The notes: generated by a model from the sequence alone, not told the origin. A DNA stretch of 64,000 bases from Nitrosopumilus sp. (GCA_965204345.1 OZ241981.1:1600001-1664000); one strand, 5' to 3'; positions 49,526-59,627 are shown, numbered from the stretch's first letter. A program made the numbers and translations.

Positions 49526-50494
49526 CTAGTTTGAATCTGTTTTAGTTATATGATATTTCTCAGTTTCTATCTTAAATAATTGATCATTGAAAATTATTTC
49601 AGCAGGGTTTTGAATTCGTATAGGTTCTCTTGGAGATAATCTAGATTTAACATCTACTTCTGAAATAAAATAAATCCAATATTTTTCTCCATACTTTTTC
49701 GCTTTTTCTAGCTCATTTGATGACCAATAGAAATCTAATTCTTTCTCAGCTGAACCTTTTACTTCGATATAAATTTCATTTATGTTTCCATTGTGTTCTG
49801 AAAATGATTCTATGTCATAACCCGCATTTACAAATTCTTCACTAATTCTTTTTACTTCTTCTGATTCTTTTATGTGACCTTCTTTTTTGAGCCTATTTAT
49901 CTCAAATTCCAAAACAATTTCTTCTGCAATTTCTCCTATAATTTTCCAATTTTGTAGTTGAATTTCAAGTTGTTTTAATGTCATTTTCTTTTGAGATTTA
50001 CTAAATATGCTAGCATGTTTTGGGTTAATCACAACTTTGATGTGTTTCTTAAGAAGAATTTCTAATTCATACAAAAGTGGCAGTATTTCGGGATTTTCAA
50101 ATCTGCCGTAAATTTCTTCTTTTGGACAGCATTTATTTTGATTTTCATCCGTATCAAATTTAGAAAATGTATTTCTTATTTTCTCTCCTAATTCTGTTTG
50201 AATTAGAGATTCTTTGATAAAAATCTCTTTGAATTCTTCACTGATCTTGTTTTCTTTATGACATTCTAAAATTTTTTCTCCAAGTTCAGTCAAAAAAATC
50301 TCATCAGTTTCAATTTTCAATAATTTTAATTCGTTGCATATCTTTTCAACTTCTTCATAATTAGGTAATCTAGCTTGTTTAACGGGCTCATCATTATAGG
50401 TTTGTTGGACATAGATCCGTGAAGCAAATTTTTCTTTTTCATATAATTTAATTAAATGTAAAAGTTTAGGAATATCATTAAGAGTTAGTGCCAA
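49526..50494 (-). CDS. DUF3883 (NOV C-terminal, PD-(D/E)XK-like) nuclease with possible N-terminal wHTH
   Basis: GEIAEEIVLEFE, GYDIESF, YIEVKGS, FYWSSNE, YWIYFI. Confidence 0.85.
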   Translation of the reverse strand: MALTLNDIPKLLHLIKLYEKEKFASRIYVQQTYNDEPVKQARLPNYEEVEKICNELKLLKIETDEIFLTELGEKILECHKENKISEEFKEIFIKESLIQTELGEKIRNTFSKFDTDENQNKCCPKEEIYGRFENPEILPLLYELEILLKKHIKVVINPKHASIFSKSQKKMTLKQLEIQLQNWKIIGEIAEEIVLEFEINRLKKEGHIKESEEVKRISEEFVNAGYDIESFSEHNGNINEIYIEVKGSAEKELDFYWSSNELEKAKKYGEKYWIYFISEVDVKSRLSPREPIRIQNPAEIIFNDQLFKIETEKYHITKTDSN

Positions 50495-50500
50495 TTATTT

Positions 50501-52450
50501 TCAGTATCTGCTTCGTAAATGTTCTATGACTGCTTGATAATCTTTGTTAAATTCTGTATCATCGATATGTTCAGGTTCTGGATTAATATCAATAGATTCT
50601 AGCATGTCGTCATTTAATGCATGAAGCATGTCTTTCCATTTTTCATTTAATCTTCTATTAATTACCTCATCTATTGTATTTTCTGCTGTTATGATATGAT
50701 ATTCAACATTTATTTTTTTATCCATTCCTATTCTATGGATTCTGTCCATTGATTGCATGTATTGTGCTCCGTTGAAATTTCTATCAAGATAAATTGCATG
50801 ATTACAAACATTTTCTTTTTTTGAATTTTTGTGTAAAGAAACTGATTCACCAAGTGATGCTGCAGATGTAATTAATATTCTAGGCTCTGTACTGTTTTTG
50901 AATTCAGTTATCAATTCATCTCTATTTTCAGGTTCACTGAGTTCTCTTGGTGTCTTTCCATTGATCACAATAGGTTTTAGATCTGATAATAGATTATTTT
51001 TGAAAATATCCATGTTATGAATAAATGAATTCCAAATGATTACTTTGTGTTCTTTCTCTACAAATTCTCTTGCTAATTGTGCTGCTTTCACCATCTTTGA
51101 AGGTATTTCAAATTCAGAATAATGGGCAATTTTATCAATTATTGAATTTTCTACTCCTGGTAACTTGATTTTACTAGGTGGTAATCCAAACTCTTCTGCA
51201 AATGTTTTACTGTTTACATCAAAATCCGAAGACATTTCATGTAGTAAACTTGGATTAGATGCTGTTTGCAATAATCTCATTAATCTTGCAATTCTAAATT
51301 TTTGTAATTTTCCCTGCTCTTGAATTGTTGTTTCTTCTATTTCTTTGAGAGTTTTTGCAGCAATAGCATCATAGATTTCCTGCTGTCTGGTGTTTAGCAC
51401 AACTTCGTGAAGTATCCATTTTGGTTTTGGTAAATCAAGATCATCCTTTTTAATTCTACAAAAAAGATTATCCAAAGTTGATTTGTGTTTTCCTATCCCT
51501 CGTTTGTTAACATAGTTGTTGTATATGATTTGATTTCCTAAAGGTTCATCACTTGGCCACAAAAATGTAATTTGTGTCCATAAATCCTTGGCATTATTTG
51601 GCATGGGAGTTCCTGATAGAATAATTCTTCGTTTTGCTCTTGGTGCAATATTGATTGCAGTTGATGCCCATTTTTTCAATTTTGGACTTTTGATATAGTG
51701 AGATTCATCTATAATTAGAACTGTTTTATATTTTTTCATAAATTCTTGTAATTCCCATTGATGATTCATTGCACTGTTAAAGTGCATTAAAAAAAGATCA
51801 TACGAATCACCTAATTTGTGAAATTCTTTTGCAAATTCTCCACTAATTCTAAGTGATCTGGGTCTCTTACCAAAGCATTCTTCATATTCTTCTTCCCATG
51901 GAAGAAATGATGCTGTGGGGCCAATGACAAAAATTTTCTCTACAATTCTATCTTCTAACCATCTTGATATTGCTGCATACGTAATTGTTGTTTTTCCACT
52001 ACCTGGAACTGAAAAATTTGCAGCATTTCCAAGTGTCATCATGTGCTCTACTGATTCTTTTTGATAATCTTTTAACTCTCTTTGAAAATTTTTTGAAATG
52101 TTTGGATTGTGTTCTTTCTTATTTTTGATCTCTTCTCCATTTTTGATTGCATTTTTATAAAAATCTACATCATTTTGAATTTCTTCTATTGATCTCTTAA
52201 CTGACCCACAAACATCAACATTTTCTTCTCCAAAATCTCTTAGAAATTTATCTACGGTCCATTTAATTCTCTTGTTAAACTGTACCATATCTTTATTTTT
52301 GTAAGTGTATAGGTGTTTTGATTTTTCTCCAAATCCCGATTCTTTTAAAAAATCATCAATACTCCAATCTTTATCAAAATCGTTAGTAGGTTCAAAATTT
52401 ACGACTATATTTTGTTGTTCATCAATACATATTTTGTGCAATTTCATCAA
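50501..52450 (-). CDS. SNF2-family ATPase/helicase
   Basis: LKDYQ, PGSGKT, IIDESHYIK, LSGTPMPN...DLWTQ, RLLQTASNP, GESVSL, QSMDRIHRIG. Confidence 0.92.
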   Translation of the reverse strand: MMKLHKICIDEQQNIVVNFEPTNDFDKDWSIDDFLKESGFGEKSKHLYTYKNKDMVQFNKRIKWTVDKFLRDFGEENVDVCGSVKRSIEEIQNDVDFYKNAIKNGEEIKNKKEHNPNISKNFQRELKDYQKESVEHMMTLGNAANFSVPGSGKTTITYAAISRWLEDRIVEKIFVIGPTASFLPWEEEYEECFGKRPRSLRISGEFAKEFHKLGDSYDLFLMHFNSAMNHQWELQEFMKKYKTVLIIDESHYIKSPKLKKWASTAINIAPRAKRRIILSGTPMPNNAKDLWTQITFLWPSDEPLGNQIIYNNYVNKRGIGKHKSTLDNLFCRIKKDDLDLPKPKWILHEVVLNTRQQEIYDAIAAKTLKEIEETTIQEQGKLQKFRIARLMRLLQTASNPSLLHEMSSDFDVNSKTFAEEFGLPPSKIKLPGVENSIIDKIAHYSEFEIPSKMVKAAQLAREFVEKEHKVIIWNSFIHNMDIFKNNLLSDLKPIVINGKTPRELSEPENRDELITEFKNSTEPRILITSAASLGESVSLHKNSKKENVCNHAIYLDRNFNGAQYMQSMDRIHRIGMDKKINVEYHIITAENTIDEVINRRLNEKWKDMLHALNDDMLESIDINPEPEHIDDTEFNKDYQAVIEHLRSRY

Positions 52451-53646
52451 CTACTGTATTTTTTCTTTAATTCTTCTGAATATCTTAAAATTTTTTCAAT
52501 TAGTGAAATTGCTTTTGGAGATGATAATTCATTCCCTTGATAATCTAATAATGGCCTTAGGTTTTTCTCAGCCCTGCTTAATAACAAAAATTCCTTTCCT
52601 TCGTTATTACTTACATCTAAAACATCTGCAGCATTAACAAAATGAATATAAGTTGGAGTCATTTCTCCCTTATTTTCTTCAATTATTTCTTCAGAGTTTT
52701 TTTCTTGAGGTGCAGTTGGTTTTAATTCACTTCCTGCTGCTTCAATTTCTATAATTGCATCTGTAAGATCTTTTTCAATTATTTGTCTGATCTTCCTTAA
52801 TTCTAAGTGTTGTATTCCTTCTTTGATTAATTGAAATGCTGTTTTTTTAATTTTTATAATTTTTTCTGGTTCGTAATCTCTATTTTTACATTCTTTAATG
52901 ATATTTTGAAGATTGATAAAATGTTCTACTTTATTTTTTACTTGAGAATATTTTTCTGGAATCCCAACGAATGTTAAATATTGATCAATTAGTTCTAACC
53001 TGTTTAGTTTTTCTTTAATTTCCTCTTCCTTGTCATATCCATAAAGTGTATTGACAATAGCTTTTTCTGATAATCCAGCTTCTTTCCCTTCTCTAAGTTT
53101 TAAAAGATCGTTAATAGGGCCATATCTTACAATCTCATCTTTTCCTAATTGTATTCCCGCCTCTAATGTCCAAAGATCTTCAGGCGATATTGATTCTTCC
53201 AAACGAGCAACTTCTAGATATTTCCATTCATCTAATCCTGTATCTTCATAAAGTTTAGAAATGATAGACATTCTTCTATTTCCGTCAATTACATATCCGT
53301 CTTCTGTAATTACTCCACAATTCCATTGCCCACGTACTTTAAGATCTTTATATGTTCTTTTTGTCTCAGTTGGTTCTAAATTTAATAACATCTCTTTAAT
53401 TTTTTTTGAATCCTCACTTATTTCGGGTCGCAGATGTCCTCCTTCTCTTTTAACTAGTTCCTTATACTCTGCTGCAAATCTTCCATTTCTAATATTATAA
53501 AATAATAAATCTGTGGGTAATCGATATACTGTAAGCACTTTTTTCTTTCCTTGTAGTGAAATTGGAAATCCATCCTTGAGTTGACATTCTGAGTGATCTG
53601 AAATGTATTTGTCAATTCTGATCTTACTGTCTGTATTTAAGCTCAT
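52447..53646 (-). CDS. ParB/Srx-fold protein, copy 2
   Basis: YNIRNGRFAAEY, GQ...GVITEDGYVIDGNRR, LEAGIQL. Confidence 0.8.
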   Translation of the reverse strand: MSLNTDSKIRIDKYISDHSECQLKDGFPISLQGKKKVLTVYRLPTDLLFYNIRNGRFAAEYKELVKREGGHLRPEISEDSKKIKEMLLNLEPTETKRTYKDLKVRGQWNCGVITEDGYVIDGNRRMSIISKLYEDTGLDEWKYLEVARLEESISPEDLWTLEAGIQLGKDEIVRYGPINDLLKLREGKEAGLSEKAIVNTLYGYDKEEEIKEKLNRLELIDQYLTFVGIPEKYSQVKNKVEHFINLQNIIKECKNRDYEPEKIIKIKKTAFQLIKEGIQHLELRKIRQIIEKDLTDAIIEIEAAGSELKPTAPQEKNSEEIIEENKGEMTPTYIHFVNAADVLDVSNNEGKEFLLLSRAEKNLRPLLDYQGNELSSPKAISLIEKILRYSEELKKKYSS

Positions 53647-53692
53647 ATTATCATATCCTTGAATTTTGTATAGATAGTATTTTTAACATCCA

Positions 53693-54871
53693 TTATTTTT
53701 TTAATCTCTTAATTACTGCTTCAATATCTAAAATCAATTGATATATTTCAGATTTTTTCAATATGCTTGAATCAAAATCAATACTTTCTAGATTTGTTAA
53801 TGCACGTTTGAGTAATTTTTCTGGCTGTTGGGATTCTGACAATGCCTTTGCGGCATCTAGACAATTATTGAAAATTGTTCTTGCTGGAGTAAATTCATCA
53901 TTCATGTCTGCTTGAATTTTTCTCTCTCTCTTTTTGTTAGCTTCTTCTGGTTTACTATACTCTGTGGCTTGCCAGAATTCTTTTCTTGATTTTTCATTTG
54001 CCAGAATTTCTTTGATTTTCCTAATTTCTCTTTGAGGTACACCATCATGAATCAATTGAAATCCTATTTTTTTTGCACTTGTAACTTCATCCGGATTTAC
54101 TCCACTTTTTCTAAAATTATTCAGAACGTTTCGTAAATCGATAAAATGTTCATGTATTCCTTTTGCTCTGTTGAATACGCCTGGTTCTCCAATATAACTT
54201 AGATATTCGCTGATAAGGCTTAATTGTTCCATCTTATCCACGATGTCTTTTTCTTTAAATCCTCCATAGAGCGAATTTGCTATTTCAATGGGTGTTAATT
54301 CCGCATCAATTCCTTCTTTGAATTTTAATAATTCATTAATTGGTCCATACTCTACCTGAACATTTTTTGATAATTGTATTCCTGCTTCTAGCTTCCACAA
54401 ATCTTGTGATGACACATTTGGTGGAAGCCTTGCAACTTCAATAAACTTAAATTCTGAATGTCCTAATGAACATAATTCTTCAAGTACAGAACGTCTTCTA
54501 TTCCCATTGATGACAAATCCATCCCAAGTAATTATTCCAGGATCTTTTTGTCCAAACTGTTGAAGATCTTTTTCTAAAATTCTACTTTGTTTAGGATCTA
54601 ATTCAAGCAATAATGATTGAATATCTTTTGAATCTTCTTCATTTTTAGGATCTAACTCCCTTCCTTTCTTTTCTACTAAATCTATATACTCTGCTGCAAA
54701 TCTCCCATTCTTGATATTATAGAATGTGTGATCTAAAGGTAAACGCCATGTTTGCAAATCCATTCGTTTACCTTGTAATGTTACTGTGATTGTTCTTGGT
54801 ACTTTACAATCTGGATTGTTTTGTATATACTCATTAATTTTTATCGCATCTGCTGCATTCTCATTATTCAT
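53693..54871 (-). CDS. ParB/Srx-fold protein, copy 1
   Basis: YNIKNGRFAAEY, GQKDPGIITWDGFVINGNRR, LEAGIQL; ATG at 54871. Confidence 0.8.
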   Translation of the reverse strand: MNNENAADAIKINEYIQNNPDCKVPRTITVTLQGKRMDLQTWRLPLDHTFYNIKNGRFAAEYIDLVEKKGRELDPKNEEDSKDIQSLLLELDPKQSRILEKDLQQFGQKDPGIITWDGFVINGNRRRSVLEELCSLGHSEFKFIEVARLPPNVSSQDLWKLEAGIQLSKNVQVEYGPINELLKFKEGIDAELTPIEIANSLYGGFKEKDIVDKMEQLSLISEYLSYIGEPGVFNRAKGIHEHFIDLRNVLNNFRKSGVNPDEVTSAKKIGFQLIHDGVPQREIRKIKEILANEKSRKEFWQATEYSKPEEANKKRERKIQADMNDEFTPARTIFNNCLDAAKALSESQQPEKLLKRALTNLESIDFDSSILKKSEIYQLILDIEAVIKRLKK

Positions 54872-54930
54872 AGAATAGTGTTTTTTGATGGAAATAAAAC
54901 ATTTTGCATGATGATTATCGTTGCCCCTGA

Positions 54931-57099
54931 TTATCTGCATTTTTTACATCTTGATTGTCTACGTAATGAAAATCTGTCTTCTTTACTCATTTGCCTAAAT
55001 CCAAATCTCTCTTCAACTTCTTTGAGGTTATGTGCAATGTCTCCACAATGTGGACATTTGGCTTCAGTGGATTCATCAGTACTTGAGTATCTTAATCTGT
55101 TTAGAAATAAATCCATTCTTCGTTCGATCTTTCTCAAATGTTTTTTTATGTTAATTTTGGATGATTTCTTATCCGACGTTAAAATTTCTTTGACAACTTC
55201 ATTCAATGTAAAAATTAAATGATCACATAATCCATTTGATCTGCTTTTTTGATTCCATTCAAAACAAGTACATGAAAACAAATCTTCTGTGGAATATCTC
55301 AATGATGATTTATCAAGATGTTTTACAAAATTAATTTCTGTTTTGAATCCTTCTTCAAAAATGCATTCAATGTATTTATCTGGGAAGATTCTAATCTCTG
55401 GTATTTTTTTTAACCGTGATGAAATAAATAGTTCATCTGAAATTATTTTTCTAAATATTTCTATTTTTGAAATCTGATGTAGTTTTCCTAAAAATTGAAA
55501 ATACATGTTTGAATAATCAATGAATTTTTTTGTACTAACAGGCAATGTTAATTCTTCAAGTGCTCCTATGTATTGGGTTTTTTCTTCCATATTTGGAAAT
55601 AAAATAATATCTGCTCTACCTGATTCGTAGTTTATTGATTTAATTTTTACAATGCTTCCGCGATTGTCTCCTTGTCGTACAACTGCAACTGCTCCTCTTC
55701 TTGATGGGATTATGGGAGTAATTTTACACCACTCTTCTAATTCTTTTTTAGAAATTATCTGAATTGTTTTATTTTTTTTTAATATTTTTTTTACAATTTT
55801 TTCAGGTTCTACAAATGAAATAACGAAGCCTTGTTCATTACGTTTTCTTTCTTTTAATTTTAAAATCAAGTCTGAAATTTTACCAACTGTAATTTTTTCA
55901 TTTATGAATACTTTGATGTAAATGATGTTTGATTTTATTTCCAGATTTAAATTTTGGATAACTTTTTGTTGTTCTTTTGTAAATTCATAGTTGGATAAAT
56001 CAACTGCAAAATCAAATTGGTCTAGGTCATTAGGAGGATGACTCATCATGTTTGAATTAGTCAAAATCATGCCTGCAATTCTGGTTACTTGGTCATCCTG
56101 ATCTTCAAAATCTCCTTTTTCAAGTTCAACTAATTCTGCAATGAACTTATCTGAGGTCATTTTTCTTCCAAAAAATTTTCTATTTTTCTTCCAAGACAAT
56201 GTGCTATCTTCATTCATTTTTTTATAATTTTCAAAAGTAAAAAATTGATCAAAAAATGGCTTGGACTTCCAATATCCATCTTTTCTAATAACTTGATTTT
56301 GGTTAATGAAATCTTGTAATGTCATTACAATCAATGGATTGGGAATTTGTGCAATTATTGGAAGTTTTTCTTTAAGTGAGATGATTAATTCTTGATATGT
56401 AACTCCTTCCATTCTATTTTGGATTATGTTAAAAATGTATTCTTTAAAAAATAATTGATGTTTTTCTAGCCTAATGTCTCCATGTTCATTAGTTTCTAAG
56501 AAAAAATTATTTTTCAAATCAATTATGATTTTATCTATCATTTCATTGATTTTTTCATTACTAATTGTAGAAAGGGACACATGCGGTGTTAAAATCAAAT
56601 GTTCAAAATCTTGAATTATTTGTGGTATTGATTGAGAAATTTTCTCTTTGTTTGTAAAATCTTGTTCATTTAAAAATAATTGTATTATTATTATTGCTCT
56701 TAATACATTATAACTTATTTTATTTTTGATTAGTTGCTGATGTTTTGACAATACTTGCTGCAAAAATTCATAACGTTTTGTTAATCTTTTATCTTCCAGA
56801 TTGATTCTTCGTGACTCTGCATTTTTACCGATTACTCTTCTTTTTATATTTAATTTTAAAATCTGCAAAAGTTTGTAATAATCAGTAAATCCAAAAAGAT
56901 GAAATTTCTCTATAAGATCTTTAGAATATTTTCCATTCACATACATTTCCAAAAATTCTAATAAATCTACAAATGGAAACTGTTCGTCTATTTTTTGGAG
57001 AGTGCCTTTGAATTCGTTATGATGAATATCTTGTTTTAGATCATCAATTAGAGTTTGCAATTTTTTAACAAATGGATCTACTGGTTCCTGAAATGCCAT
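54931..57099 (-). CDS. Multidomain protein with KOW-like motif, SWIM Zn finger and C-terminal Zn ribbon
   Basis: RRGAVAVVRQGDNRGSIVKIKSIN (KOW-like); FSCTC...LCDH (SWIM); CPHC...FGFR...QSRCKKCR. Confidence 0.7.
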   Translation of the reverse strand: MAFQEPVDPFVKKLQTLIDDLKQDIHHNEFKGTLQKIDEQFPFVDLLEFLEMYVNGKYSKDLIEKFHLFGFTDYYKLLQILKLNIKRRVIGKNAESRRINLEDKRLTKRYEFLQQVLSKHQQLIKNKISYNVLRAIIIIQLFLNEQDFTNKEKISQSIPQIIQDFEHLILTPHVSLSTISNEKINEMIDKIIIDLKNNFFLETNEHGDIRLEKHQLFFKEYIFNIIQNRMEGVTYQELIISLKEKLPIIAQIPNPLIVMTLQDFINQNQVIRKDGYWKSKPFFDQFFTFENYKKMNEDSTLSWKKNRKFFGRKMTSDKFIAELVELEKGDFEDQDDQVTRIAGMILTNSNMMSHPPNDLDQFDFAVDLSNYEFTKEQQKVIQNLNLEIKSNIIYIKVFINEKITVGKISDLILKLKERKRNEQGFVISFVEPEKIVKKILKKNKTIQIISKKELEEWCKITPIIPSRRGAVAVVRQGDNRGSIVKIKSINYESGRADIILFPNMEEKTQYIGALEELTLPVSTKKFIDYSNMYFQFLGKLHQISKIEIFRKIISDELFISSRLKKIPEIRIFPDKYIECIFEEGFKTEINFVKHLDKSSLRYSTEDLFSCTCFEWNQKSRSNGLCDHLIFTLNEVVKEILTSDKKSSKINIKKHLRKIERRMDLFLNRLRYSSTDESTEAKCPHCGDIAHNLKEVEERFGFRQMSKEDRFSLRRQSRCKKCR

Positions 57100-57249
57100 A
57101 TTGTTCTAATAATACTTTCATAGATAAGTGTCAATTGGTCACAAAAAATAAGATTTGCATTTTTTCAGGATGACGTGTTATTGAATGTTCCATTCATTAG
57201 GAACCGTCGATTAATAACACATTAAATACACTATCTGACTAGTCTATCC

Positions 57250-57759
57250 ATGTTTGGCAAGAAACCCACATTAAAAGAGGGAACTCACATCTTCTCAGTT
57301 AAAAAAAACGGCGAGTTCAATGACTTTATCTTTGGCGTAGTTACCGGTGTAGACGGACAAAAAGTAGGCGTCAACGGGGTAATTGTAAATCCTGTTGGAC
57401 TGAAAAACAAGATTGCCCAAGGAAAAACAGGCCAGCGCTCCAGAGAAATCTTAGAATACCCAAATCCTGACAATGTGGTCCTGGCTTTGGTGTACAGAGT
57501 TGAGCATGAAAATTACGCTGACGTGCTGGATCTTGACGTTGACAAGTGTGATATTCTTCCTCCAAAAATCTATGCAATGCTTGATGGCTGGATTAGAGAG
57601 TCGCTGCCAGAGTTCTTTAATACTGTCTTGTCCCTGCCGGAGGGTTCTGAGAGAGACGAGGCAAAACGAATCCTAAGAAACAGAAAGGACACCCTGTCTG
57701 ATCCGCATCTCAGACGGACAGTATATGCTGTTTGTAGAAGTCTGAAGATCCTCAACTAA
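57250..57759 (+). CDS. Hypothetical protein
   Basis: 169-aa ATG ORF whose base composition looks core-like. Confidence 0.75.
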   Translation: MFGKKPTLKEGTHIFSVKKNGEFNDFIFGVVTGVDGQKVGVNGVIVNPVGLKNKIAQGKTGQRSREILEYPNPDNVVLALVYRVEHENYADVLDLDVDKCDILPPKIYAMLDGWIRESLPEFFNTVLSLPEGSERDEAKRILRNRKDTLSDPHLRRTVYAVCRSLKILN

Positions 57760-57824
57760 ACTTTTGAATTTTGGGCGTGGGTTCTCCATAGTTTTATATT
57801 ATGCCCCAAGAAAATCTCGATACA

Positions 57825-58136
57825 ATGGAATATGTTTACGCTGCTTTGCTTCTTCACAAACTAGAAAAGGAGATTAACGAGACAAATCTCAGCTCAGTTG
57901 TAAAGGCATCCGGAGCTGAAGTTAATGAAGCCCAAGTTAAATCACTGGTTGCAGCCCTGGCCGATGTCAACATCGATGAGGCAGTCAAAGCCGCACCTGT
58001 AGCAGTTGCACCCGCAGCAGCAGCCGCACCAGATGCAGCAGCAGCAAGTGGTGGTGAAGAAAAGAAGGAAGAAAAGAAGGAAGAACCCAAAAACGAAGAA
58101 GCAGCCATGGAAGGACTGTCTTCATTATTTGGCTAA
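57825..58136 (+). CDS. rpl12: Ribosomal stalk protein P1/L12
   Basis: [11 protein letters not shown], Ala-rich hinge, [13 protein letters not shown]. Confidence 0.96.
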   Translation: MEYVYAALLLHKLEKEINETNLSSVVKASGAEVNEAQVKSLVAALADVNIDEAVKAAPVAVAPAAAAAPDAAAASGGEEKKEEKKEEPKNEEAAMEGLSSLFG

Positions 58137-58235
58137 GCGACCTTACTTTTTTCAGTTTAATTTTGATTTTTATTTTTGTTAATCCTAATTACTTTCAACT
58201 CTGCTGATTGGTCGATTTTACTACTTTTCCAATAG

Positions 58236-58740
58236 GTGATTTTATCAGCATTCTGGATTATTTGTAAACGATGGCATTTGCAGTTACTGGAGCATCCAGT
58301 GGTTGCACACAAGGCTGATATTTTTGGAATTGTTGTCTTTGCGACCAGAGATGCAGGCAGGACTCGGGAGATACTGTCTTTGGATGACTCTCTGCTGCAT
58401 TTTCAGATTCCGTCTATGCCAGTATTGCCGCAGTTGTTGGGGTTGCTGTTTGGAGAGGTGTTACTGCCATTGGTCAAGGAATCCTGAGCATTGGCAACAC
58501 AAACATTGGCACTGCAAACCGTGGGTGGTTACTGCCATTGGCAGAGGAATTCTAAGGGATGCCTGTTGGAGAAATCCCCAGTCTTTGTTAAAAAAGTCTA
58601 TTGCTGTTGCAGGCATGATTGGAATTGTAATTTTTTTTTACTTTGTCATCTCATTTGGAGTCAATGTGGGGGATGCATCTGTCATTGCAATTGCTGCGAC
58701 TATCAGAACACATCTAGTTGCAATCAAACGCAGCTGACAT
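58236..58740 (+). pseudogene. Decayed TRIC/UPF0126 (YadS-like) membrane protein
   Basis: Fragments in different frames: ILDYL*TMAFAVTGAS / HKADIFGIVVFAT / TAIGRGILRD. Confidence 0.75.
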
Positions 58741-58760
58741 CTTTCTAAGGTTAGGGAAAC

Positions 58761-59627
58761 TTAGGCCGGAGTGTAATCCTTTGCCTGACTGGCAACTGAT
58801 TTTGCCTGCGAGTCTGCCTTTTGCAATATCTGCTCCTTTGTTTCATCTGTCATGAATCCTGATTCTACGGATACAGAGCGTGCAGACTGTGCTGCCTTGC
58901 CAAGAATCTGTGAAATATTATCTGCTGTGACATATGCTGCCTCAATAGACAGTGAGACTGCCTCTTGGTGTGCCTGAACGAATTCCCCTCTGACTTTCTC
59001 AACATCAATTATCATCTCTTCCTCTGCATAGGTGAGCCCTTCCTCTAATGCCAGATAAAGTGAAATGCCTGCCTCCACCGGCTTGATATCTAATTTGCCT
59101 AAAATTGATGCCAATTTCTCATTGATTGCATCCCCTTTCATTACTGGTGTACTGTCTTTTGCAATCCAGATTGTTCCCTGATCAATTTTGGTAGGAATTC
59201 CTGCCTCCTTGAATTCCGTAAGCATTGGTCCTGGTGCAATGCCCGTATTCTTGGCTGGAACCACAATGTCCATGCTTGCAATATCTCCGCCTCTTGCAGC
59301 CATCATGACTTTGTTTTTGGCAAGAAGCACGTTTAGCTTGAATGGTGACATGTTCGTAAACAGGAACATGCACTGGCCTGTTAGCTTGTCTGCAATCTCT
59401 TTAATGCCTGAGACGTCAAGTTCAGACAGTGCCTTTCTTGCAACCTTGTCCTTGATGCTGAAAAACTCTACATCCTCCTGAAGTGTCTTTCTTAAAGGAA
59501 GAATTTGCGTAGAGCGTACCTTGTTCATCCTGATTACAGCTAAAACCTTGTATTTTTTTGGCAGCTCCTGCAGCTGCTGATACATCTGGACTTTTCTTTT
59601 AGGGTATGTGGTCCTGTTCTCATGCAT
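58761..59627 (-). CDS. rpl10: Ribosomal protein L10 (P0)
   Basis: ARGGDIA...NTGIAPGP, TKIDQGTIWI, LDIKP. Confidence 0.95.
   Translation of the reverse strand: MHENRTTYPKRKVQMYQQLQELPKKYKVLAVIRMNKVRSTQILPLRKTLQEDVEFFSIKDKVARKALSELDVSGIKEIADKLTGQCMFLFTNMSPFKLNVLLAKNKVMMAARGGDIASMDIVVPAKNTGIAPGPMLTEFKEAGIPTKIDQGTIWIAKDSTPVMKGDAINEKLASILGKLDIKPVEAGISLYLALEEGLTYAEEEMIIDVEKVRGEFVQAHQEAVSLSIEAAYVTADNISQILGKAAQSARSVSVESGFMTDETKEQILQKADSQAKSVASQAKDYTPA

Noticed and set aside
52447-54871. Plasmid or chromosome partitioning (ParABS) interpretation of the ParB-like genes
   Set aside because: No ParA or replication gene nearby; the genes are coupled to SNF2 and nuclease genes instead
44476-57249. att-like direct repeats bounding the alaS-rpl12 accessory block
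   Set aside because: None found by eye; only an 8-bp inverted repeat (GTGTTATT...AATAACAC, ~57175-57220) of unclear meaning
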